64,000 nucleotides of DNA from Blastocystis sp. Blastoise (lineage: Eukaryota > Protista > Bigyra: Opalinata). Location: contig JBBPEB010000003.1 of the NCBI GenBank assembly GCA_039096225.1, positions 186,001 to 250,000 of the forward strand, given 5' to 3'. The position numbers and the translations under genes were made by a program. Positions 1-13,045 of this stretch are shown here, one piece after another. Below the pieces are notes generated by a model that worked only from the letters and a program-made list of their open reading frames with translations, was not told where the DNA came from and did no database searches. Within the stretch, counting starts at the first letter, position 1, and each line of letters opens with the position of its first letter.

Positions 1-399
1 ATCAAATAAATGATAGCTTTATTTGCTCATTTATAAAGACATTTTTTTGTATTTAGGTTAACTTTGTCAAAAATATTATGATTTATGGCCATGTATACAA
101 ATAAGGTGAAAAGCCTTTCATTCAGTCTGATGACAAAACTCATGAGTATCATATTTTGTTACAAAAAACTTCCTTATGTGTTTGATAAATTCAGCAGAAT
201 TAAGCATGGCTGAAAAAGTGTCACAAAATTTGGTGGCAAGTGTCACCAAAGTCAGGAAAGGACTGACTATTTGATTATTTTTAAAACTTCAGTCATTCTT
301 TAAAAATTTCAATGATAATTTCATTCTTTTGTTAAAGATTCAAATCAGAATAAGATTATTGCCTATAATATTTTTTCAAACTTGCTTTCTATCTGCTTT

Positions 400-3300
400 C
401 TGAACTAATAATGGTTTATCATTAAGATTCATATTGGTTTTTGTTGCATTGTGAACTCCTCTTAAATACTAGTCAATATCTACTACATGATGATTTCCCA
501 TTGTTTGTTGATTGCTTTGTTACGTACTTGCTCGTTATGATCAGTGTTCAATACACATATCTTACAATGTGCTACGTGATGGATACTTATCAGTTACTTA
601 TTCTTGGAATGATTACTTGCAATGTATAATTTTATGAATATTTACAGTTTGTTGCCTTCCATTTATTATTTACATCTGATTTGGTTACTCACCAAACTTC
701 CTTACTTCTCTTCTTGAATTAGTATACTCATTTTTCTTTTTGTAACTTTGCGATTAATGAGATCTTTATTTATGTTGTTTGTATGTTTGATTTTATTCGA
801 CTAATGTGCTTTTGATTGCTTGTTCTACTTTATAAGTGCTAATTATTTTGTTTTTGTTTTTTATTTTTCTGATACTTCCTTTTTTCATACTGTATTATAA
901 TGGTATTTATATATAACGATGACATTTTCTTATAGATTTACTTATTATGAATTTTCTTATTCTTATTCTAGTATTTAATAAATACTTAAACACTTCATCT
1001 CTGCGATTAATACTTACTATGGTTACTAACATACATAAGTTTCTACTGAAGATAGTAGCAGATTAGTAACAATTGATGTTTATTTCTTTTCATCCTTAAA
1101 TCCTTTTGTCTATATTACAATATTATCATGTACTCTTATTCTATCAAGTTTACTATTATAAGTTTTTGAATGTTTTAGTATCTTATTGTGTAATTCTTTA
1201 ATATGCTATTATACAGGAAAGTATCTATATGATATTTCTTTGTTGTAGTTTTCTGTATAAAATTTTTGAATTTCTTTTTATTCTTTGTATATATTTTCAT
1301 CTTGGTTAATTATTCTTCAACTTCTCTTCATGTTATCGTTAGTCTACTATTATATATTGAATTTTTAGTTATAAACCTTATCTTATTTCCTTATCTTATT
1401 TCATCTTTTGTTCTTTTAAGGTATTATAGCATTACATTAATTGTATTAGTTTTCTGGTTTTTCAGTCTCTTCCTATCTTCTTCGTATGGTATCTTTATAT
1501 TTATTAGACTCTTCATTTCTTCTGGTGCTTTTCAATTATTATGTGATCATTCGTAATACTTCACCTGCATGTTCTTTTCCCTTTATTAAAGAGTTTCTAG
1601 ATGTGCTATTTTTATATTACTTTTATATTATCCTTAGTTGATATTCCTTTTTCTCCTATGATAGAATTCTTTATGTTCTTATGTTATTCTAATAGTCGTT
1701 TCATATTTCTCTATTAAACATACTATGAGATTTAATGACGATTTTCTTTTCCTTTAATAATTACAAATTCCTCACTATTATATATTATTATATATCTTAG
1801 TTTTATTATTCTAACAGATTTATTTTTATATTTGTTTCTATAATTGAAAACATACTCAATTAATTTATTTTCATATTTCATTCAAATATACTCTTCATAT
1901 ACATATTCATATCCTTCATTTATGGTTTTCTTCGTTTTCTCATGTTCTATATATTATCCCATGGTCTACTTATTTTTGTGCCTATTTTTAATCCTATACT
2001 TCCTCATTATCTCTATTTCTTTATCCACTTTTCTTTTATTTCTAGTGCTTCTATTGTGTATATTGTGTGCTCATTATTAGACTTATTCATTTTAATACTG
2101 CTTCATCATTATCTCTCTTCATATTCTTTAATGCTCATGTTTATTGTATTTCCTATTTACACAGTTATTATTTCAGAAGCATTTTCCATTTCTTGTCTAA
2201 ATAATATGGGTTTGAATATTTTTATTAGTCCTATTTCTTACTATCGTTTTTTATAATTCTTCTCGTTCGTTTCCTTTCTTTTTCTTTCCAACAATTTCTC
2301 TCTTGGCACTACTCATCATGGATTTTAGTAATCAAAGTTAGGATTTGTTCTCATTGTTGTATTACTATTATCTATATACCACAAAAGATATTTTTATTAT
2401 TTCTCTTCATTCTAAGGTTTTGCTCTTTTTGTTACTTAAACATATTTATATGGCTACTCTTATTTATTATTATTGTGTACATTCTCTTCTTCTTATTTAA
2501 TTTTTTATAAAAGCCTAGTATCTACACCTTCTATTCCTTCTATTCTTTCTCATTTCTAATTACTCTCATTTTCCAAAAATGATATAATTATATAATAGGA
2601 TCTATGTCTCCATATTTCTTTCGTACTGTTATTTAATAAAATACTATCTCTATTTACTTTAAACCATTTCAACTCCCTTTAACTTATTATCTATATACAT
2701 CTTACATTCATGCTGATATGAATACTATAATACTATTTGTATTTCTTCTATTTTGTTGAATACGGTTGAGGTAGTTCTCGAATTGTTTATTTTCTAAATT
2801 TATTTTCATTTCTATTACTTTAGATATTATATCTTCTTAAGTGCATATGTACATAATTAATATGCTTATATATATTTACACCTGCTTTTTCCGTTATCAG
2901 CCGTTACTTCATATTATTTATACAATGTCTAACTATTATATACAATTTACTCCGTTTGTTCTTTTACTCATGATGATATAATATAGAAATCAACTTCTTA
3001 TTACTTCTTATGGTTTATTTATTGTATTTCTATTTATAGATTTATATATATTTTTATACGAATATTGTTCTCTCTTCATGTTATTGTCTTTAAAAATATA
3101 CTAAAAATAATTATTATCGTCTCTTCTACTCATTTATCACTGCCGATTATAAATTCAGTTGATATATGCATTCTTCCTTCTTCTTAACTTCAAATTTTAT
3201 TTACAAGTTTTTAGTTATCTTCTTTATGATCTACATATATAAATATATTCTCATTAAGTCTATGTCAATCTTTCCAATAATTTTTCTTCTGATAATCTTT

Positions 3301-3560
3301 CAAATGCTAACCTTTATATAATATCATGAATCTTAATCTAATACTTATTTCATGCTATTATAATATAAAATCCACATTACTTTCTATTATATCATATATT
3401 CTAATACTCTTTCGGATATATATAATCCCTCATATGATACTTAATATAGATATAACACATCTTGCTCTTTCCTTTTGAATTCATGTATAAATATAAAATT
3501 GTTGGTGTAAACGATTTAAGATTCCACTTTATATATATGTTTTGGAAAATAGTATATTCT
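400..3560 (-). mobile_element. Probable heavily decayed non-LTR retrotransposon (L1/Tx1-like ORF2 remnant)
   Basis: There is no long ORF, but the minus strand is strongly purine-rich and lacks the microsatellite introns seen elsewhere. Broken motifs occur in L1 ORF2 order and spacing: RLHQQFYIYT* and RDYIY (~3520-3420, APE-like); GIEGVD..FYKKIK (~2540-2500); KEKWIKK / KIGTKISRPW / MNMYMKSIFE (~2040-1880, RT-like); HHVAHC (~585, zinc-knuckle-like). Matched by eye across stops and frameshifts. Confidence 0.4.
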
Positions 3561-4319
3561 TTAGGAACCAATTGTTATCACTCTCTTTGTGATATTTGAT
3601 TGATAAGTCAGGTAAATGATTTTAGTAGTTATTTGGTTCTTTCTATTGATACATTATGATTGAAAATATATTTTGCTATTTATTTATATATTTAATCTTC
3701 TTGATTAGATATACTATTTGATTTAAGAAGAGTATACTTTATAGTTGTATATTATACTTTTGATTGAATAAAGATTCTTATTAGTATTGGATATTGTTTT
3801 AAAGTATTATACTAGAGAGATTAGTATATATGAAATAATTACTTCTAAAATAATATTTATTTTTCATATAAGTAATAATATTTCTCAGTTATTCGTTTGA
3901 TCTGAATATAATAGTACTTGAAAAAGAATATAATTAGAAAAATAATTGAAATATAGATAAAAATTATTAAGGAATAGTGATTCTAATTAAGAAACTATAT
4001 ACTATTGATATAATCAAATATATAAAGGAATATTCAATGTCATCTATTTATAATTATATTTAAAAGATAACAGTATATCTTCTTGAGTTAATTAAAACAA
4101 TACAAATTATAATGTAACAATAAAACATTATGGAATACAAATAGTTAATATAATGAAAACAATATAAATATATAAATATTAATAGTAAAAGAAATCAATG
4201 TACTTTGTAGTATAAATACAGTAATTAAGTAGTTGGATTAGATTAGTGATTTTGTTGCTAGATGTTATCAATCGAGTTTCTTTTTCTTTAATTTATCTAT
4301 ATATAATTAAGAATAGATT

Positions 4320-7002
4320 CTATATTATGTGAATTATGAATATAATACTTATAATATACATACGCTCTAAAACAGTAGTTATAAGTGATGAAGAATCAAT
4401 GATATCAGAAGTTAATCCAATTGTCATTTGGGTTGTTGGATTAATAGTGTTTCTGTATTTGTTTTTTATATACACGAGATGACTGAAACCGCTCTCACAG
4501 AGATATGAAGTTGCAAAGGGAAGAAAACATTTCTTGGCTATATCATATAATAATGGAAAACGACTCTTATGGCTTATATAGAACTCATCTATTGGTACGT
4601 TATTAAATTCTTCTCTACATGTTTTATCAGCAAGTAAACAGAAATACTCTTCTTTAACATGAAACTCCATTTTATTTTCGTCAGCTACTTTTGAAAATGG
4701 ATTAGTAATCCAATATAAAGAATGATCAATAAGATTAGTTGTTGGTGTATTTTTTGGTTTTTTTATGTTACTATTCGTTTTCTTCTGCTTTTTATTCTTT
4801 TGTACTTCTCCTTGATTTGTATTATTACTTATTTCATTTGGAATGATTGCCCCAAGAGTTATTATACAATTGATATTAGCCTGAATTATATTTATATTAC
4901 TAATGATTCCATTGTATTGTCCTTGAATACTACTATTAGGGAAATTATTAAGAACACCAGAAATACTACCTAAAGTGTATCCATATACTAAATATGGAAA
5001 GTCAATTCTAATCGTTACTTGAGTTTCTATTAATTGCTGAGTAACTATGTCAACATAGGTTATTAAGCCATTTACAACTCCATTTGGAGATACGCAACCT
5101 TGTAATGATCCAAGAATATTAAATTGGTTTGATACTACTGATGTATTGTTATTAACATTACTATTCACTTCATGAGATATATTTGATGTATTATGTGTAT
5201 TTTCTTGGTCTATTAAATATTCATTAAGGTCTTGAAGATACGATTCATCACTACCAATATAATTTAGTATTTCTGGGAAATAATTCAGTAAATTACGTCG
5301 AAGAGTTATTAGATGATTTTTGATATAAAATATGATTGAATTAATATCAAGCTTGGTTGTAGATACATAATCCTTAAGTTTCGTAAATGATGAATAATCG
5401 TTATTATTTATTAGTCTTTCTAATCTCAACGATAATTTTATAAATAAATCCTTCATAATGTCTATTAACCCAAATATATATCTATGCTGTCCTTGCATTG
5501 ATTTATTACAATCATAGAATAAACTGGTAACATCCTCAAGGTATAACATTGAAGCTATGAAGTTAGTATCAATAATGGTGTTATATAAGTCCTTCTTTTC
5601 TTTATCCTTTTTTATTACTAGTGTTATTCCATTTCTAAGTAAATTAAATCTTTTAATTGATGAATGGCATGAAAGCCATCTTGTAGGGCAATAAAGGAGA
5701 AGTTTATAACTTCTAATATTTTTTTCCTTTTTTTCTTCCTTCTTATCATTACTATAAACTTCATGAATATTATTATCTATATTATTATCTGTATCAGATG
5801 TATCTAAAAGGGATTCAACTACTTTATTATATTCTATCTCTAAAGAAGATATATTATTAGGGGAATCAGGTATGTTATCTTGAGGAGAGAAGATAGAAGA
5901 GGTTAATGAATATTCATTATCAATATTGTAATTATTGGATTCGTCTTGTCTAACAGCAGACTTCTTTATATATGAAATTATCTCAACAGCACTTTTGAAT
6001 ATATTAGTGAAGTATTTTGGTAAACAGTTTACACAGAGTTCTTCTCTATGAAGAAAACAGTGGATGAACATACAATTCTTATTCTTCTCTAGTACTCGTG
6101 TTTTGAAGGAGTTTTTGTCTCCATTCATATTCGAAGCACCGTCAAAAGTAGCTGATACGCAATTATTCCACAGAAGGTTATTATTATTAAAGAAATTATC
6201 TACCATGTTAAATATATTATCACCTGTTTTGGAACTAATCTGAAAAATACTTAAAAATGATTCAGTAAACTTTTTATTATATTCGTATCTAGCATAAACG
6301 AGTAAATAGGATTTCATTTCTATGTCAGTTGACTCGTCAAGCTGAATAGAAAATGATCCTGATTGTCTTATCCTATTTATTACTTCTTGTTGAATTGTCA
6401 AAGCAATTTCATCACTTTTTCTTTTGATACTGCTTGAGGATAACGGAAGATTAGAAAGGACTTTGACATTCTTTAACCTTTCATATTCTTCAATAATAGG
6501 TTTAACTAATTTTTCTCCAGTTCTGTAGCTGTATCCATTCTTTGAAATGGAGTAGGCGATGAAATATGAAAGCTTACTGGATAAATCTGAAAAGCTAAAG
6601 AGAGAATTTGAGTATTCTGTGTTTTCATTATGATCTTTTAAGAGTTCTTGAATGTCATCATATGTGTATTTGCTTAACCCATGTTTATTCTTGAAATGAG
6701 TGAAGAGTTTTGAGGCTTCATAACCTTTACACGTGAGAGTAGACTCACAGATTAAACAAAAATAGGAGTTTTTTGTTAATTTTTTAAATCCATAAACAAC
6801 TGGATTGGCATTATATCTTTTAACTCCTTCTTTTACTTCACTATAATATTTGGATTTAGGATTAATATCTGGTTTATTATTCGTTTCTTCTGTAATTATG
6901 TCATCATCTTTTTTTTTTTCGTCTGTTGTAGACTTGTCAATCTATATATATATATATATATTACTATTAATATACTTGTAATTTTTTAAAGTACTGTTCC
7001 AT
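4320..7002 (-). CDS. hAT-superfamily (Buster/ZBED8/SCAND3-like) transposase with N-terminal BED zinc finger
   Basis: ATG 7002, 34-nt intron 6975-6942, then an open frame running into ORF 4320..6401. Motifs: BED finger CLIC..HFKNKH; catalytic QLDESTD and FDGASNM; HCFLHRE (CxxH); TRW; hATC region PFATSYLCESGFS..IKNKYRN. The C-terminus probably has another intron near 4363, so the true stop is uncertain. Confidence 0.92.
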
Positions 7003-7205
7003 GTATTTAAACAATAAAAAAAGTTTATCTAATATAGAATGTTCTTTTTGGTTTAGCAAAACATTTTCCCTTATATTTTTGTTTTTCCCGTTTTTTCATC
7101 ACTTAAAATAACTATGAAAATCACGGTAATAAAAAAGTAACTTTGTTATTTAAGCGCAAAAATTTTGGTCCTTTCGCTTAACGAGTAACTACGTGGTGAC
7201 CCCTG
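4320..7205 (-). mobile_element. hAT DNA transposon; candidate 5' terminal inverted repeat ending at 7205
   Basis: On the minus strand, CAGGGGTCACCACG starts at 7205, about 200 bp upstream of the transposase ATG, and resembles hAT termini. I found no partner TIR or target-site duplication in the window. Confidence 0.55.
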
Positions 7206-8386
7206 GTCATCAATGTTTATTTTTTAAATAGAACAAAATTAATTGTTGTATTAATGCCATATTCTTATTCATAACTATATACAGTATTTATATGTTTATT
7301 TCTTCTACGTGATTTCATTATTTATAACATACATATACAATCCTTTTTAGTAATTAAAACATCATGTTAGCAATATTTATATCAAGTAATAATCAATTAC
7401 TAGAGTCATTTCGTACAAGTCACCCTGACAAATAAACAATGTTTGATTTTTTAAATATATTTTAATTTTTATATTTAAAAGAGTAAAGAAATTAACTTAT
7501 TTGGATGAAAAAAAGATTAATTAACTGACATGTGATTCACTTTAGATTGAGAAGATTATCTTTAGAAGTGTTATTTCACTTTATATTGCAATCCTATCAA
7601 CTTTTACATAATAATTATTAGCTAAAGAGAGCAATAGTATGAAAACTAAACAAGATAATGGCAATGTTTCTTGTTATCGTGTGAATTGATATATGTCTTC
7701 AAGTAAAGTGTGCAACTAGATGTACAAACAGGATACATACAGATATAGTAATCAATAGTCATCAATAATAATCAATATAATGAAAAACGTCGACTAGACA
7801 TTCATGGGAGAAGGGAATGTTCACAGTGATTTCAACATTAAATTAATAAAAAATAATCTCAAAAATAATGAAGATTTAGCGAGTTTCGCTTCATTTATTT
7901 ATAAAAATCATTACCATTAGAAACGGCATCAATAAAAAGTTTCTCCAATACATTAATAGAAATAATCTTGAAGCCAAAAAAATCTTCAAATAATATTTCG
8001 CCAGCTAAAAACAAAATAAAATTCCTGAATTATGATGTGATAAAATTATGGGAAAATTAAATAATTTATAGTATAATCTTATAGATTTCCATAATTAAAA
8101 TGATTCTCTTATGGATACTTTTCATTAAAGAGAAATGAGAGGTAGATTGTCAAAAAAGGAGAAACTGAGGCTACTCTTCAGAGGTCTAAGGACCGGTTAC
8201 TCCATTAATTTTTCTTAATAAAACTTTTTCTTCGTTCTTTTTATTTTCTAATTAGAGAAACTTCATACAGAATCCAAAAGAGCAGAATCTACACAAAGCA
8301 GCTCGATTTCTCTCTTTTACTAATGTGCCTGTGTAATTATCTTTACATGTTATTTTATAAAATCTTTTTCTAATCGTTTAAAAAAG

Positions 8387-10591
8387 ATGTCTATGCGTTC
8401 TACCTCTGTTCTTTTAAAGGTATATATACTATGCTAATCTTGTATATTCATTTTCTTACAAAAAATCATAAAGTAACAAAAAAAGTCACACATTACATTT
8501 TTTAAAGGCTTCTCAATTTGCTAGAAACTTTGCTTCTGAAGGTATTTATATTCATATACACTTTCATTAATATAATTAGCTCGTCCTTTTGATAAGATTC
8601 TTGTTGCCAACCGTGGTGAAATTGCTTGCCGTGTCTTCAAGACTGCCAAACGTATGGGTATCAAAACTGTAGCTGTCTATTCTGAAGCTGATAGATATGC
8701 TAAGCATGTCAAGATGGCTGATGAAGCTATTTGTATCGGACCTGCTCCTTCTAAGGATTCTTATCTTAGAATCGATAAGATTATTGCTGCCTGTGAACAA
8801 ACTGGTGCTAACGCTGTTCATCCTGGTTATGGTTTCCTTTCTGAAAATTGGAAGATGGCTGAAGCTCTTGAAGCTAAGGGTATTAAATGGTGTGGTCCTG
8901 GTAAATATTCTATTGAAGCTATGGGTGATAAGATTCAATCTAAGATTCTTGCTGTTGAAGCTAAGGTTAACACCATTCCTGGTTTCAATGGACTTATTGA
9001 AACTGATGAACAAGTCATTAAGATTTCTAATGAAATTGGCTATCCTGTTATGATTAAAGCCTCTGCTGGTGGTGGTGGTAAGGGTATGAGAATTGCTCAT
9101 AATGATAAAGAAGCTCTTACTGGTTATCATCTTTCTAAACAAGAAGCTTTAGCTGCTTTCGGTGATGATCGTATGTTCATTGAAAAGTTTATTGAAGAAC
9201 CTCGTCACATTGAAATTCAAGTTCTTGCTGATAAGCATGGTAACTATTGTGCTTTCCCTGAACGTGAATGTTCTATTCAAAGACGTAATCAAAAAGTCGT
9301 TGAAGAATCTCCTTCTTGTTTAATTGATCAAGCTACTCGTAATGCTATGGGTAAACAAGCTTGTATGATGGCTAAGAAAGTCGATTATTGTTCTGCTGGT
9401 ACTGTAGAAATGCTTTGTGATAAACATAAGAATTTCTATTTCCTTGAAATGAATACTCGTCTTCAAGTTGAACATCCTATTACTGAAATGGTTACTGGTG
9501 AAGATCTTGTTGAACAAATGTTCTGGATTGCTGCTGGAAGAGAACTTCCTGATAGACTTAAGAACTGGCCTCTTAAGATTCATGGTAATGCTATTGAATG
9601 TCGTGTTTATGCTGAAGATCCTCTTCGTAATTTCCTTCCTTCTCTTGGTCAACTTACTAAATATGTTGAACCTACTGGTGAAGGTGTCCGTTGTGATTCT
9701 GGTATTTTAGAAGGTACTCAAATTTCTATGTATTACGATCCTATGATTTGTAAACTTGTTTGTTGGGGTGAAAATCGTGATATTGCTATCTCTCGTATGG
9801 ATGATGCCTTAAATACATATATTATTCGTGGTCTTAACCATAACTCTGCTTTCTTACAATCTGTTATTCGTTCTGCTAGATTTAAGTCTGGTAAGATTAC
9901 TACTGCTTTTATTCCTGAAGAATGGCCTGAAGGTTGGAAAGGTGTTACTTTAACTGAAGAAGAAGGTCATCAACTTATTGCTGCTACCATGGCTGTTCAT
10001 AGAGATAGACTTCTTGAATCTTTTACTAATGATCAATCTCTTGATTCTTATCAACCTGAACTTACTAAGGATCTTGTTCTTACTTTCAATGATAAAGATT
10101 TCGAAGTTAAGGCTAAATATGATAACGTTAATAACAATATGACTCTTACTGTTAATGGTAAAGAAGTTAAGGTTGAAAATCCTCATATGATGGAAAATAT
10201 TCCTATTATGAGAGCTACTGTTGATGGTAAAGATACTAAGGTCCAATATTTCAATCCTACTGCTGAAGGTTATAAATTACAATATTGCGGTGGTATGTTT
10301 GATGTTATTGTTCGTGAAAAGAGAGCTTCTGAATTATCTAAATATATGATTCCTAAGAAGGCTGTTGATACTTCTAAATCTCTTGCTTCTCCTATGGCTG
10401 GTGCTCTTGTTGCTCTTAAAGTCAAGGTTGGTGATAGAATTGAAGCTGGTCAAGCTTGTGCTGTCGTCGAAGCTATGAAGATGCAAAATGAACTTTATTC
10501 TCAAAAGGCTTGTGTTGTCTCTGCTATTAATAAGAAGGTTGGAGATTCTCTTGCTCTTGATGATATCATCATGGAATTCAAATTAGAATAA
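8387..10591 (+). CDS. PCCA: Propionyl-CoA carboxylase alpha chain, mitochondrial/MRO
   Basis: Exons 8387-8419, 8508-8541, 8580-10591. Presequence-like MSMRSTSVLLKASQFARNFA, then KILVANRGEIA, HPGYGFLSEN, KASAGGGGKGMR, ERECSIQRRNQKV, FLEMNTRLQVEHP and biotin site EAMKMQN. Confidence 0.93.
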
Positions 10592-10922
10592 ACAATATTT
10601 TCTACATCACTTATAACTTCTTTCTTTTAATTTTTCTATGAATATTATGTTTTATTTCTTAATCTGATTTTAAACGAAAACTTTTGATAATATGATATTA
10701 TAGTATATATAGCCATGCGTAACGTATAATTATTATATTTTTTTATTCTTTGTATTCTATTTTATTTTTTTTGTTCTGCATACACACAATTATGGCATTA
10801 ATATTTAAATTGTTTTGTTGCTTTTATTTATACAATGTTATTAAAAAAAAAACAAAAATATATATGACTACTTGTAAATATTAAAAGAAATAAACCAATT
10901 AAGAATATAATAAATATGATTT

Positions 10923-11833
10923 TTAGAACGTAGTTGTATATGCACCTAAACTTATATATCCTTTTAATTGGCCTCCTGTACTCATTGCAACTGTAATACT
11001 TTCGTAGGTAGTAGCTTTCTGATTTACTTCAAATATACCCTGTATGCTGATTTTATTGTTAGTTGCAGTTAATTTGATACCTACATGAAGATGTTGAGCA
11101 GGAATACCTTTTACATATATATTAGTTTCTGTAGTAGAACAATTGACATAGTTATAAGCATATTCTGTAGGAATAAGATCGGAAGAAGAAGACCCATGTA
11201 TACTAAATAAACCTTCTGATAAATTATGGAACTATATATATAGAGATAATAATATAAGGCAGAAGATATAGAGTAAAGTAATAGAGTCATATGATTATCA
11301 TTTTGTTTATCATTATTCATAATAAATAGAATAAAAAGTATAATAATAAATAGAATAAAAAGTATAATAATAAATAGAATAAAAAGTATAATAATAAATA
11401 GAATAAAAAGTATAATAATAAATAGAATAAAAAGTATAATAATAAATAGAATAAAAAGTATAATAATAAACACCATAAACATAATAATAATAATATATAA
11501 ACATAATAATATATAAACATAACATACAGTTCGTTGTCTCCAGAAAAGATCTTGAGATGGCAAAGGACATCGTATAAATAATTGCGGGAATTGTTGATGA
11601 TCAACAGTACAAGGAGTATATATAATATTCTGTATATGTAATACAGTAAGAGGCGCGGGATGTAATGGCGGGAAACTCAGAGAAAATAACGAGAAAACAG
11701 GCTTGTGATCAGAGAAACAAATTGAACAATCTGTATCATAACTATGATATATATATATTATGTCAAGGGTTATTATATATAATATATATTTTATAATAAT
11801 CATTCTATTCAATAATAGTAAATAATATTACAA

Positions 11834-11864
<31 letters not shown>

Positions 11865-12988
11865 CGATAGTTGTTCTATACACTTCACAAGTCCTGGCAT
11901 AACTGAATAAATTATACGATCTGTGTACGAAGGCGTACGGATTCCCTTCTTCACGTGCGTCGTTAGACTATCAGACACAGCATCATAATCCGTATAATCC
12001 TTACAATAACCGCGGGACTGCTTATAGTATCGAAAAGTAGGAGGGAAATGAATAGGTCCTTCTTTGAAGGTGTAATAGATCTATATATAGAAGAAATCTT
12101 ATAGTTATATTATCAATATTCATAAAGAAATTATATAGAGCAAAAAAACTAAAAATAAAAAAAAAATAAAAAAATAAATAGAATTCATAATATTATATAT
12201 ATGTATATAATTAAATTATTAAAATACATTATGTTTATTCATTTCATAAAATAGTTGGTCAAATCTCTCTATATAGCTCTTTTGATAGCTATTATTATTT
12301 ATATGCTGCTTCTCATTCTCTGCATTCGTAATCGCATAAAATAATCCCATTAATTGTGTTTCTTGAGAAATCCCCCATTGTTTGTTGATGACACTCTGAG
12401 GGTCAAACGTGTCAGGTGACAATGGTGAAATAGCGAATGACGCATACTCCGTCGATGGAGACATATCATTCTCTAATAAGTGTGTTTTAGAAGTAGTATT
12501 TATACTTGTATTTATAGTTGAAGAAGACTGATGATGAGATAGAGACGCGAGTTGTGCTCTAATTTGATCATTTATATAATCATCCTCATAATGATAATAA
12601 CAACGGTAATTCATATCTCCAGCAATAAACTAAGAAATAGAGACAAATGATAGTTATATATGTATTAGTAATAATAATAAATATAATATGTTTAATAAAT
12701 ATAATAAACATAATATATTTAATAAACATAATATATTTAATAAATATAATAAACATAATAATAAACATAATATACGGTGGCAGTATGTAGATAATGTGTG
12801 TCCCAGTCCTCAGTATCTTCGTGTTCAATATTAATCGACGATAATATACTGTGACACTCCTCTACTCTCTTTCCTATATTCGACTTACCCTATAGAATAT
12901 TATATATATAGAATATATTATATGATTGATTCATATTCAACTATATTATTGAATATATACTAATAATATATCGAATATAAAAATATTA

Positions 12989-13045
<57 letters not shown>

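Noticed and set aside
8576-10246. Antisense and alternate-frame ORFs over PCCA (and likewise over IMPDH)
   Set aside because: By-products of strong NNT codon bias; no recognisable motifs.
11321-11470. CRISPR-like array
   Set aside because: Head-to-tail repeats with no spacers, inside a eukaryotic intron.
11111-11812. Long hydrophobic poly-I/Y/L ORFs here and throughout the track
   Set aside because: Translations of intronic TA/TAT repeats or U-rich 3' regions, not proteins.
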